Below, piece after piece: positions 50,231 through 59,961 of a DNA stretch of 64,000 nt. The notes under the pieces were generated by a model. That model was not told the DNA's origin. It worked only from the letters and a program-made list of their open reading frames with translations, and ran no database searches. The position numbers and the translations under genes are program-made. The stretch's first letter is position 1; each line of letters starts with the position of its first letter. The stretch comes from an uncultured Clostridia bacterium. Its GTDB lineage: Bacteria > Bacillota > Clostridia > TANB77 > CAG-508. The stretch is taken from the NCBI GenBank assembly GCA_944388695.1, contig CALXJT010000001.1:4570-68569 (forward strand). Reading direction: 5' to 3'.

Positions 50231-50683
50231 TCATTCTGATTTCCATCTCATAATATATTCTTTTTGGTTAGTATTTTCATCTATTTGTATTTTTATATTT
50301 CTAAAACCTAAATGATTGAAAAATAAAATTGCTTGAGTATTTTTTTCATATACAGATAAATGTAATTCTTTTTTATTTTTCATTATATAATGTATCAAGC
50401 TTTTACCTATTCCATTATTTCTCTCTTGTAATTTTATATATATTGCTTTTACTTCATTTCCATCAATACTGACAAAACCTAATATTTCATTTTGATTTTC
50501 TGAATTTTTGATTTTTTCATCTAGATATACATAAGTTTTATATTTGTTTAATAGTTTTTCTTTAAAACTATTAAATTCAAGTAGCCATTTATTATAATCG
50601 ATAAAATATTGATATTTTAAATTTCCCTTCATCCAGATTGTCATTACACTATTGATGTCTTCATTAGTTATTTTTCTAATCAT
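50231..50683 (-). CDS. GNAT family N-acetyltransferase.
   Basis: LGFVSIDGNEVKAIYIKLQERNNGIGKSLI (Q/RxxGxG motif A). Confidence 0.65.
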   Translation of the reverse strand: MIRKITNEDINSVMTIWMKGNLKYQYFIDYNKWLLEFNSFKEKLLNKYKTYVYLDEKIKNSENQNEILGFVSIDGNEVKAIYIKLQERNNGIGKSLIHYIMKNKKELHLSVYEKNTQAILFFNHLGFRNIKIQIDENTNQKEYIMRWKSE

Positions 50684-50760
50684 AGGTATTCTCCTTTTTT
50701 ATTTTTTCCTTTTTTACAAGTATTATTCAATTTTGGAATATTTTACTATTATAATTTTAA

Positions 50761-50860
50761 AGGACAGAACCTAGAACTTTTGATAACGGACTCATTTTTT
50801 CGAAAAATAGTTTTCGGAAAAATGAGTCCGTTCCCAAAATCCCGATTCCGTCCTCAAGCT
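50761..50860. repeat. Member of the GGAC(A)CTC-TTTTTT-TTCGGA extragenic repeat family with a long imperfect palindrome.
   Basis: ACGGACTCATTTTT (50786-50799) pairs with AAAAATGAGTCCGT (50818-50831). Inner TTTTCGAAAA/TTTTCGGAAAA. Confidence 0.5.
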
Positions 50861-50916
50861 CCTGTCTTTAAAACTTTTTAAGTTTTTCATATTGTATGTT
50901 CATTATTCTTTTTTAT

Positions 50917-53268
50917 CTAATAATATCCATATATTTTATTTTGATGTTTCTTATAAACCTTTCTTTTAATATGTATAAATATGTAGCTTATTATTGCAAG
51001 TACTATAAATGTTATAATTGTTGTTTGGCTTATTGCTGATAATTCTAAAAGTCTATGGAATAAATATGCTGCTACATAGAATCCTACTGCTGTAGTGATA
51101 AATAAGAATGCATGTACTTTTGTAAATGGTATGCACGCTTCTTGCACAGCTAATATGCTTACATAACCTATTAATAGATACATTAATGTTGTTAATTCAG
51201 AACCTTCTATTCCAATTATAGGACCTACAAATGTTAGTACAATTATATTAAACATTATTACTATTGCAAATGGTAATGCATTTGTAAGGGCCGTTCGCAA
51301 AAATGTTCCTCTAATTGGTTTTTGATTTTTTTCAAATGATATAAAGAATGATGTATATGCTTCAATTACTAAATCTATAAGTGTTATTTGTATTGGAATA
51401 AATGGGAATTGTGTATTCATTGCAATACAGAATAATGATAATAGTACTGAATATATTGTTTTTATGAAGAATATTCTAGCAACATTTGTGATATTGTTTA
51501 CTACTCTTCTTCCTTCCATTAATACATCTTTTAATATGCTAAAGTCTGGGTTTAATAATACTATTTGAGATACTTGTTTTGCACTTTCTGTTGCATCTGG
51601 TAATGTTATACTACAATCTGCTTGTCTTAATGCTATTACATCATTTACTCCGTCACCAGTCATTGCAACTTTATGATTTTTAGCTTGTAGAGCTTTTACT
51701 ATTATACTCTTTTGATGTGGTAATACACGTGCAAATATGCTATATTTATCTACTAAATCTACAATTTCAGCATCTGTTTTAATTGTTGATAAATCTATAT
51801 ATGAGTCATAGTCTTCAAGTCCTGCTTTTTTTGCTATATTTGATACTGTTAAAGGATTGTCTCCTGATATTATCTTTACATCTACGCCTTGTTCTTTAAA
51901 ATATCCTAGCATCTCTTTTGCATTTTTACGAAGTGGATCTTCTAATGTAATTGATGCTATTATTTCTAATTCTGGTAAATCTTCATTATCTAATTTATTT
52001 TTAGTATAAGCTACACTTATAATTCTTTTTCCATTCTTTTGAGACTCAATTATCATTTCTGGTAAATCTTGATTGCTTTTTGCAAATAATTTTTCAGGTG
52101 CTCCAACTATTATTGATCCATATTCTTCAAATGTGATTGCACTCCATTTTCTTTCAGATGAAAATGGTACTTCATCTACTTTTTTATATTCTATGTCTCC
52201 TTTAAAATGTTTCTTTAACGCTTTAAATGTTGCATTATTATCACCCATTCCATTTACAAAAGCTGTCATCATCTCATTAAATGGTTTTGGTAGAGCATTA
52301 CTATCATATACTTCTACTTCTGATACTTTCATTTTTCCTCTAGTTATTGTACCAGTTTTGTCTAAACAGATTGTATCAATATGTGCTAATGATTCAATAC
52401 TATATAATTCTTGTACTAATACACGTTTTTTTGCTAATTTTATTACACCAGATTCTAATGCTATTGTTATTAAAAGCACTAATCCTTTTGGAAGCATTCC
52501 AAGTAGTGCTGCTGCTGTTGCAACAACTGATTGTTCTACACTTACTTCTCTAAATACATAACTTTGTATAAATAATACTATACCTACAGGAATTATTACA
52601 AAACTTGTAAAGTTTGTTACCTTTTTCATTGAATTTATTAATTCTGAATTGACTTTTTTGTGTTTTTGTGTAGCACTTACTATTTGATTTGCGAAGTTAT
52701 CTTCACCTACTTTTTCAACTTTTGCATAACATTTACCACTTACTACATAACTTCCTGAAAGTAATTTATCTTCTTTACTTTTAAATATTACATCAGATTC
52801 TCCTGTTAATAATGATTCATTTACTTCAACTTCTCCTTGTAATATATATGAATCAGAAGGAATCTGGTCACCTTGTGAAAGTAATATAACATCTCCTAAT
52901 ACTATTTTATCTACATCTATTTTTTTCTCTTCGCCATCTCTTATAACTGTCGCTTTAGAAGCTGTCAAAATAGATAACTTTTTAACTAAATTTCTACTAT
53001 GAATTTCTTGAATTATTCCTATAAGTACATTTACTACTATTATCGCAAAAAAGAACATATTTGTATATGCTTTAACACAGAAAAGTGCTATAGCGATAAT
53101 TAAATTATATAAGTTAAATAATGTTACTACATTATCAAATATTATTTGCCCAGTTGTTTTTAATTGACTTTTTCCAGTTACATTTACATTGCCACTTTGT
53201 ATTTGCTCTTCTACTTGTTCTGATGTTAATCCTTTTAATTTTTCTTCATCCATGAATTTTTGGGACAC
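50917..53268 (-). CDS. P-type cation-transporting ATPase (E1-E2, P2-like).
   Basis: CLDKTGTITRG phosphorylation motif, TGDGVNDVIALRQAD hinge and TGES-like actuator region (LTGESD). GTG start at 53268, with an alternative ATG at 53253. Confidence 0.85.
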   Translation of the reverse strand: MSQKFMDEEKLKGLTSEQVEEQIQSGNVNVTGKSQLKTTGQIIFDNVVTLFNLYNLIIAIALFCVKAYTNMFFFAIIVVNVLIGIIQEIHSRNLVKKLSILTASKATVIRDGEEKKIDVDKIVLGDVILLSQGDQIPSDSYILQGEVEVNESLLTGESDVIFKSKEDKLLSGSYVVSGKCYAKVEKVGEDNFANQIVSATQKHKKVNSELINSMKKVTNFTSFVIIPVGIVLFIQSYVFREVSVEQSVVATAAALLGMLPKGLVLLITIALESGVIKLAKKRVLVQELYSIESLAHIDTICLDKTGTITRGKMKVSEVEVYDSNALPKPFNEMMTAFVNGMGDNNATFKALKKHFKGDIEYKKVDEVPFSSERKWSAITFEEYGSIIVGAPEKLFAKSNQDLPEMIIESQKNGKRIISVAYTKNKLDNEDLPELEIIASITLEDPLRKNAKEMLGYFKEQGVDVKIISGDNPLTVSNIAKKAGLEDYDSYIDLSTIKTDAEIVDLVDKYSIFARVLPHQKSIIVKALQAKNHKVAMTGDGVNDVIALRQADCSITLPDATESAKQVSQIVLLNPDFSILKDVLMEGRRVVNNITNVARIFFIKTIYSVLLSLFCIAMNTQFPFIPIQITLIDLVIEAYTSFFISFEKNQKPIRGTFLRTALTNALPFAIVIMFNIIVLTFVGPIIGIEGSELTTLMYLLIGYVSILAVQEACIPFTKVHAFLFITTAVGFYVAAYLFHRLLELSAISQTTIITFIVLAIISYIFIHIKRKVYKKHQNKIYGYY

Positions 53269-53400
53269 TCCTTTCTACGGTAGAACTTTGTCAATTTTCT
53301 TTCGAATTTTGAATCCAAATTTAAAATTTGAGTTTTGATTCCGGATTTTGCTTCCGAATTTTTGGGACACTCTTTTTTGTTCTAAAAATTCTTTTTTTAC
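53256..53400. repeat. Two further copies of the TTTTTGGGACACTC(C/T)TTT... repeat unit at the 5' end of the ATPase gene.
   Basis: 53256-53285 and 53361-53395, with TTCGAATTTTGAATCC / TTCCGGATTTTGCTTCCGAA between them. Confidence 0.55.
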
Positions 53401-53450
53401 CAAAAAAGCTTTAAAGTTTAGTTTATTTATAACTCATTATTTGGATTTTA

Positions 53451-54104
53451 TTAATATTCATATTTTTCTTTTGATTCTATTATTTCTTCTCTGTTAGATC
53501 GATTTTCTTTGATTTTTTTAATCAAAGCTTCTGTATTTGCAATTTCTGTTTCGTTTTTTCTGTTAAATGCTCTTGCAAGTTTAATTTCAAGCCATTTCAT
53601 TTCATATTTTTCTGGATTTACCTGCTCTAACTTTTTTAAATCTCGTAAAAGTTGAAATACTATATCTACCCATCCTTCATCGTTTTCTTCCCTACTTAAA
53701 TTTATTATTTTTAAAAAATCATTTTCTTTACTTCCAGAGACAAAAACACCTGCTGCTAAAAATTTCAAGTTTCCATTTTTAATCCATAATGTTAGTTTAT
53801 CATCTATTTTTGTTTTTACTATCAAATTTTCTTCTTCATCTTTATATGTATATTTTTCAGGGTCATTATTTACTATTATAAATCTATAATATTGCTTATA
53901 ATATTCTGATGCTATTGAATGTATCCTTTGTTTTTGTTCTTCATTTGATGAACTATATAGTTTTTCTAATCTACCATATACATCATGCATTTCATTTGTT
54001 GATTGATATAAAATATAATCTAAAACATTACTTTCATCATCAGTTCCATTTAATCCTGAATAGAAAAAAGTTTTATAATACCTTGACTTATCATTAACTA
54101 TCAT
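53451..54104 (-). CDS. Hypothetical 217-aa protein.
   Basis: Uninterrupted ORF with typical codon usage and no motif. Confidence 0.45.
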   Translation of the reverse strand: MIVNDKSRYYKTFFYSGLNGTDDESNVLDYILYQSTNEMHDVYGRLEKLYSSSNEEQKQRIHSIASEYYKQYYRFIIVNNDPEKYTYKDEEENLIVKTKIDDKLTLWIKNGNLKFLAAGVFVSGSKENDFLKIINLSREENDEGWVDIVFQLLRDLKKLEQVNPEKYEMKWLEIKLARAFNRKNETEIANTEALIKKIKENRSNREEIIESKEKYEY

Positions 54105-54245
54105 TTTCTCTTTCCCCTTTTATATGCATATGTGTTTTTTTAATTTACTTATGTGTTTCAATTTTATAGTAATTGTTTTTTATATTTACATTTTTTTATT
54201 TACTGTGAAGTATTTTGTCGAATTATGTAATTGGCATAATATTGC

Positions 54246-55217
54246 TTATTTTAGCCACTCTGGATTTTCTAAATACCAGTCTATAGTTTTTACAATTCCA
54301 TCTTCGAATTTTGTTTTTGGGAACCATCCTAATTCATTTTTTATTTTTGTAGGGTCTATTGCATATCTATAGTCATGTCCTTTTCTATCTTCTACAAATT
54401 CTATTAGGTCTTCTGATTTTCCTAGTCTTTTTAATATTAGTTTTACTATATCTATATTTCTCTTTTCATTATGACCACCTATATTATATCTTTCTCCAGA
54501 TACTCCATTGTGGAATACTAAATCTATTGCTTCACAATGATCTTCTACATATAACCAGTCTCTTATATTTTTTCCTGTTCCATATACAGGTAGTTTTTCA
54601 TCATTTAATGCTAGTTTTATCATATGTGGAATTAATTTTTCATTGTGTTGGTATGGTCCATAGTTATTAGAACAATTTGTTACATTTATATTCATTTTAT
54701 ATGTTTCTTTATATGCAAATGCTATTAAGTCTGAACTTGCTTTAGAAGCGGAATATGGGCTACTTGGTTTTATTGGTGAGGTTTCTGTAAAATATCCATC
54801 TTCTTTTAAAGAACCATATACTTCATCTGTAGATACATGAACGAATTTGTTTTCACTTCCTTCTCCCCATGTTCTTTTTGCAGCTTCTAATAATGTGTGT
54901 GTTCCCATTACATTTGTTTGTGTAAATACAAATGGATTTTTAATACTATTGTCTACATGTGATTCTGCAGCAAAATGTATTACTCCATTAATATTATATT
55001 TTTTGAATAAATCTAGAACAAAGTCAAAATCACAGATATCTCCTTTTACAAATGTAATTTTATCCATTACTTTTTTTAGATTATCCATATTTCCTGCATA
55101 TGTTAATTTGTCTAATACTATTACTTTATAATCAGGATGTTTTTGAACAAAATATTCTGCAAAATTTGCTCCTATAAATCCTGCTGCTCCTGTTACTAAT
55201 ACATTATTTTCTTTCAT
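54246..55217 (-). CDS. rfbB: dTDP-glucose 4,6-dehydratase.
   Basis: N-terminal VTGAAGFIGANF Rossmann motif, YSASKASSD catalytic YxxxK, and length and layout of RmlB. Confidence 0.85.
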   Translation of the reverse strand: MKENNVLVTGAAGFIGANFAEYFVQKHPDYKVIVLDKLTYAGNMDNLKKVMDKITFVKGDICDFDFVLDLFKKYNINGVIHFAAESHVDNSIKNPFVFTQTNVMGTHTLLEAAKRTWGEGSENKFVHVSTDEVYGSLKEDGYFTETSPIKPSSPYSASKASSDLIAFAYKETYKMNINVTNCSNNYGPYQHNEKLIPHMIKLALNDEKLPVYGTGKNIRDWLYVEDHCEAIDLVFHNGVSGERYNIGGHNEKRNIDIVKLILKRLGKSEDLIEFVEDRKGHDYRYAIDPTKIKNELGWFPKTKFEDGIVKTIDWYLENPEWLK

Positions 55218-55372
55218 TTTTTTCTATCCTTTCTTTTCTATATTTATTTTAAACTAGTTAAGATTAAATACAGTATTTAATCTTAACTGTTTATTTTATA
55301 ATTTTTTATTTTATTAATTTTTATTTTTAATTTAGATCTTTTTGTAAAATTTAATGAACTTTTTGAATTATT

Positions 55373-55957
55373 TTATTTTTCCAAATTTTTAAATAAATCT
55401 GTTTCTTTTAATTCTGCAAGGCTAGGCCATTTTGAATCTTTTTCTGATGTTAATAAATCTGATATTTTCATATCACCTAAAGGCCAATCTATATTAACAT
55501 CTTTATCATTCCATGCAAGACCTCCTTCAGCATTTGGGTTATATATATCATCACATTTATATGTAAATTCTGCTGAATCTGATAATACTAAAAATCCATG
55601 TGCAAATCCTCTAGGTATCATAAACATTTTTTTATTTTCTTCTGAAAGAATTACTCCTTCCCATTTTCCATATGTTTTACTTCCTGGTCTTAAATCTACT
55701 GCAACGTCAAATACTTCTCCTTTTAAACATCTTACTAGTTTAGCTTGTGAATTTTCTTTTTGAAAATGTAATCCTCTTAAAACACCTTTTTTTGATTTTG
55801 ATTGATTATCTTGTATAAAATTATAGTTCAATCCTATTTCTTCGAATTCTGCTTTACTATATGTCTCCATAAAATATCCTCTGTTATCTCCAAAAACTGT
55901 TGGCTCAATTACATATACACCTTCTATTGAAGTTTCTATTTTTTTAAATTTTCCCAT
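55373..55957 (-). CDS. rfbC: dTDP-4-dehydrorhamnose 3,5-epimerase.
   Basis: GDNRGYFMETY...RGLHFQ...PRGFAHGF cupin motifs of RmlC. Confidence 0.85.
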   Translation of the reverse strand: MGKFKKIETSIEGVYVIEPTVFGDNRGYFMETYSKAEFEEIGLNYNFIQDNQSKSKKGVLRGLHFQKENSQAKLVRCLKGEVFDVAVDLRPGSKTYGKWEGVILSEENKKMFMIPRGFAHGFLVLSDSAEFTYKCDDIYNPNAEGGLAWNDKDVNIDWPLGDMKISDLLTSEKDSKWPSLAELKETDLFKNLEK

Positions 55958-56113
55958 TTTTACTTTTATATGATTATTTATTTTATAATCATATTCTCCT
56001 TTCTTTAAAATTTATAAATTTTTAGAATTATGTATTTTTTATTTTCAAATTCATTTAATGGACTTTTGACTATATATCTAAAAATTTGCTTTATGAATTT
56101 TTATAATTACATA

Positions 56114-57013
56114 TTATTCATTTCCAAATTTATTTTCAGCTAAATCTTTTAGATATACTCCATAATCTGTTTTCATGTATTTTTGTGCTAATTCAAGTAA
56201 TTGTTCTTTATTAATCCATCCTTTTTTGAAAGCGATTTCTTCTGGGCAACATACTTGCATTCCTTGACGTTTTTCTATAGTTTGGACAAAACTTGCAGTT
56301 TCTAGTAATGCATCATGTGTTCCTGTATCAAACCATGTCATACCTCTTCCTAATTTTTCTACACATAATTTTCCTTTTTTCATATATTCGTCATTTACAC
56401 TTGTTATTTCTAATTCTCCTCTTTCAGATGGCTTAACATTTTTTGCAATTTCTATTACATCGTTTGTATAGAAATATAAACCTGGAACTGCATAATTTGA
56501 TTTTGGATTTTCTGGCTTTTCTTCTATTGAAATAGCTTTTCCTTCTTCATTTATTTCCACAACTCCATAAGCTCTTGGGTCTTTTACATAATATCCAAAT
56601 ATTGTTGACTCGTCTTCTCTTCTATTTGCTCTTCTTAATATTTCTGGTAGATGTGAACCATAGAACATATTATCTCCTAATATCATTACTACATTATCTT
56701 GTCCTATAAAATCTTCACCAATTATAAATGCTTCAGCAAGTCCATTGGGCTTTTCTTGCACTTTATATTCAAAATGCATTCCCCATTGAGAACCATCTCC
56801 AAGTAGGGCTTCAAATGTTACAACATCTCTTGGAGTTGATATTATTAGTACTTCTTTTACTTCTGCTTCCATTAATACTGATAATGGGTAATATATCATT
56901 GGTTTGTCATATACTGGCATTATTTGTTTTGAAATTGCAAGTGTTAGTGGATATAGTCTTGTAGCACTACCTCCTGCTAATATAATTCCTTTTCTGTTTT
57001 TCATATTGCTCAT
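56114..57013 (-). CDS. rfbA: Glucose-1-phosphate thymidylyltransferase.
   Basis: KGIILAGGSATRLYPLT signature of RmlA. Confidence 0.9.
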   Translation of the reverse strand: MSNMKNRKGIILAGGSATRLYPLTLAISKQIMPVYDKPMIYYPLSVLMEAEVKEVLIISTPRDVVTFEALLGDGSQWGMHFEYKVQEKPNGLAEAFIIGEDFIGQDNVVMILGDNMFYGSHLPEILRRANRREDESTIFGYYVKDPRAYGVVEINEEGKAISIEEKPENPKSNYAVPGLYFYTNDVIEIAKNVKPSERGELEITSVNDEYMKKGKLCVEKLGRGMTWFDTGTHDALLETASFVQTIEKRQGMQVCCPEEIAFKKGWINKEQLLELAQKYMKTDYGVYLKDLAENKFGNE

Positions 57014-57174
57014 TCCTTATTTATATATTTAGGTTTTATGGCAAAACCTATAAACCTATTTATTTCTAGATGAATCTCTAGATAAATAAACTTATTTAAT
57101 TTTATGTGATAAAACTATCAATTTTAAATAATAAATAAATTCTATTTTTAATTTTTTTATTATCATAAAACTCT

Positions 57175-58017
57175 TTAAAGTTCATTTTTTAAGTATCTTG
57201 CTAATCCATCTTCCCATGATGGTATATTTATGTTTTCATTTAATAATTTTTCTTTGCTTAATTGAGAGTTTTTTGGTCTTTTTGCAGGTCTTACAAATTC
57301 TTCTGATGTTACTGGGGTTATTTTACAATCAATTTTTGCTAATTCATAAATCTTTTTAGTAAATTCATACCATGTTGTAAATCCTTGATTTGTTGAATGA
57401 TATATTCCATAAGGAATCTTTTTATTTATTGCTTCTGCTATTATGTTTGCTAAATCTTCTGCATATGTTGGGCTTCCGTGTTGATCTGCTACAACACTTA
57501 CTTCTTCTCTTTCTTTTCCTAGTTTCAACATTGTTCTTACAAAATTATTTCCATCTCCATATAGCCATGCTGTTCTGAAAATGTAATATTTGTCAGTATC
57601 TTTTTGTACTTGCTCTTCTCCATGTAGTTTTGTTATTCCATATACAGTAACAGGCCCAACTTCATCTGTTTCCTTATATGATTTCTGAACATCTAGTTCG
57701 CCGTCAAATACATAATCTGTGCTTACATGAACTAGTGTTGCATCAACTAGATTTGCTGCATATGCTAAATTTCCTGGTCCATCTGCATTTACTTTTTCAG
57801 CTAAATCATAATTTTCTTCTGCTTTGTCTACTGCTGTATATGCTGCGCAGTTTATAATGTAGTCTGGATTTAGCTCTTTTACTGCTGATACCACTGCTTC
57901 TTTGTTTGTTATGTCTAATTCTGCAGCATCTGTGCATATTAGCTCATTTCCTGATTTTAATTTACTTATTACTGATTTTGCGAGCATTCCATTTGCTCCT
58001 GTTATTAATATTTTCAT
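57175..58017 (-). CDS. rfbD: dTDP-4-dehydrorhamnose reductase.
   Basis: MKILITGANGMLA Rossmann start and YGITKLHGE YxxxK. Confidence 0.8.
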   Translation of the reverse strand: MKILITGANGMLAKSVISKLKSGNELICTDAAELDITNKEAVVSAVKELNPDYIINCAAYTAVDKAEENYDLAEKVNADGPGNLAYAANLVDATLVHVSTDYVFDGELDVQKSYKETDEVGPVTVYGITKLHGEEQVQKDTDKYYIFRTAWLYGDGNNFVRTMLKLGKEREEVSVVADQHGSPTYAEDLANIIAEAINKKIPYGIYHSTNQGFTTWYEFTKKIYELAKIDCKITPVTSEEFVRPAKRPKNSQLSKEKLLNENINIPSWEDGLARYLKNEL

Positions 58018-58424
58018 ACTTATTACCTCTTTTTCTTTTTTTTTATGCTTTTTTAAACATAGTTTTTAATTTGAAAAAGTCTTTTCAAATTTTCACGAGA
58101 CTATCATATCATTATTTGTAAAAAAGTACAAGGGTTTTAGTATTTATTTTAGGAATTTAGGGCTTTAAAAATTACATACTAGATATATGCTGAATTTTTT
58201 TAATTATGTCTATATTTTATCTAATTTTATAATACTACTTATTAAGAGGATTTTTTAAATTGGTTTAGATTATCTAAAAATAATATCTATCAATTTAAAA
58301 AACCTGAAACCAAAGTTAATACATACTTTGCTTCCAGGGCTTTTATTGTTTGTTACTAATTAATATACATTTATATATGAAATGCTAATATAAAAATTTA
58401 ATTAAGTATTTTTATAGGTTTTAT

Positions 58425-59381
58425 TTATGAATTTTTCTTTGAAATTTCTTCTTTTTCAGTTTCTCTAATTATGTAGATAGGTCTATTTTTAACTTCTAAA
58501 TATGTTTTTGACAAATACTGACCTATAATTCCTAGACAGAATAGTTGAATACCACTTACAAAGAAAATTATACATACCATTGAAGGCCATCCTGATGTAG
58601 GATCTCCAAAAATCAAAGTTCTTATTATTATTACTATTATCATTAAGAAAGCGATTATGCAAAATAGTATCCCTACTACAGATGATATTATTAATGGAGT
58701 TGTTGAAAAAGCGGTAATTCCTTCGACAGCATATCTTAATAATTTCCAAAATGACCATTTAGTTTCTCCTGCTACTCTTTCTACATTTTCATATTCTATC
58801 CATTTTGTTTTAAAACCTACAAAACTAAATAATCCTTTAGAATATCTATTATATTCCTTCATGTTTATAATTGCATTCACCATTTGTCTTGTCATTAATC
58901 TATAATCTCTTGCTCCATCAACCATTTCGATATCTGACATTTTATTTATTATTTTATAAAACATTCTTGCAAAAAAACTTCTTATTGGTGGTTCTCCTTT
59001 TCGAGTTACTCTTCTTGTTCCTACACAATCATATCCTTCATTTTTTATTGTGTTATACATTTGTCTTAATAGTGCTGGTGGGTCTTGTAAATCAGCATCC
59101 ATTAGTGTTACATAATCTCCTGTTGATGCTTCTAATCCAGCGTACATTGCCGCTTCTTTTCCAAAATTTCGAGAAAATGATATATATCTTACTTTATTAT
59201 CTTTTTTTCTTAATTCTTTCATTTCTTGTAAAGTTTTATCTTTTGAACCATCATCTACAAATATGTATTCAAAATCCATATCTTCAAAATCTTGTTTTCT
59301 TACTCTTTCCATTTCTTCATAAAATAGTGGTAATGCTTCTTCTTCATTATAACATGATACAATTACTGATATTTTTTCCAT
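58425..59381 (-). CDS. GT2-family polyprenyl-phosphate glycosyltransferase (GtrB / DPM1-like).
   Basis: ISVIVSCYNEEE...FVDDGSKD...DADLQD motifs and two C-terminal TM helices. Confidence 0.8.
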   Translation of the reverse strand: MEKISVIVSCYNEEEALPLFYEEMERVRKQDFEDMDFEYIFVDDGSKDKTLQEMKELRKKDNKVRYISFSRNFGKEAAMYAGLEASTGDYVTLMDADLQDPPALLRQMYNTIKNEGYDCVGTRRVTRKGEPPIRSFFARMFYKIINKMSDIEMVDGARDYRLMTRQMVNAIINMKEYNRYSKGLFSFVGFKTKWIEYENVERVAGETKWSFWKLLRYAVEGITAFSTTPLIISSVVGILFCIIAFLMIIVIIIRTLIFGDPTSGWPSMVCIIFFVSGIQLFCLGIIGQYLSKTYLEVKNRPIYIIRETEKEEISKKNS

Positions 59382-59495
59382 ACTTAATACATTTCCTTGT
59401 ATAATATATTTAGGTTTTTCATAAAGGTTTTGCCTATAAACCTATTAAATCTTCTATTGGTTTTCTATTGGTTCATTCTAAAATATTTTTCCTCT

Positions 59496-59921
59496 TTAAT
59501 CATCTGTGTTTACTTTCTTTTTAAATACAAAAATTTTACTAAATACATAATTACAAATTATTATCACAATTTGAGAAAATATTTTTATAATTTTATCATT
59601 AAAATGTAATATTGTAACTCCTAGCCACATAATTATCATATCCATAATAAGTGTAGTTAGCCTTGCAAGTGTGAATTTACTAGCTTCTTTAAGTTTGTTT
59701 TTTTCTTGACTTTCAAATACGTATTTTCTATTTGTGAAGTATGCAAATACTACACCTGCAGCCCATGAAATAATATTAGCAATTTGAAGTTGTATTCCAT
59801 TTTCTGGATCTAAAAATGTAAAAACAGAAATATAGTATACAAGTAGCGATACTACTGTTGTTAAGACTCCAATTATTAAATAGTTTATTATTTCTTTGTA
59901 TTTTAAATATAGTTCTTTCAT
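59496..59921 (-). CDS. GtrA-family small membrane protein.
   Basis: 141 aa with 4 TM segments, directly downstream of the GT2 gene as in gtrAB-type loci. Confidence 0.65.
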   Translation of the reverse strand: MKELYLKYKEIINYLIIGVLTTVVSLLVYYISVFTFLDPENGIQLQIANIISWAAGVVFAYFTNRKYVFESQEKNKLKEASKFTLARLTTLIMDMIIMWLGVTILHFNDKIIKIFSQIVIIICNYVFSKIFVFKKKVNTDD

Positions 59922-59961
59922 TTTCCCTCACCCATTATTATATTTATGATTTACTTATAGA

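Noticed and set aside
50786-50831. Long palindrome as intrinsic terminator of the ATPase gene.
   Set aside because: No U-run follows on either strand. It is better explained as a member of the extragenic repeat family.
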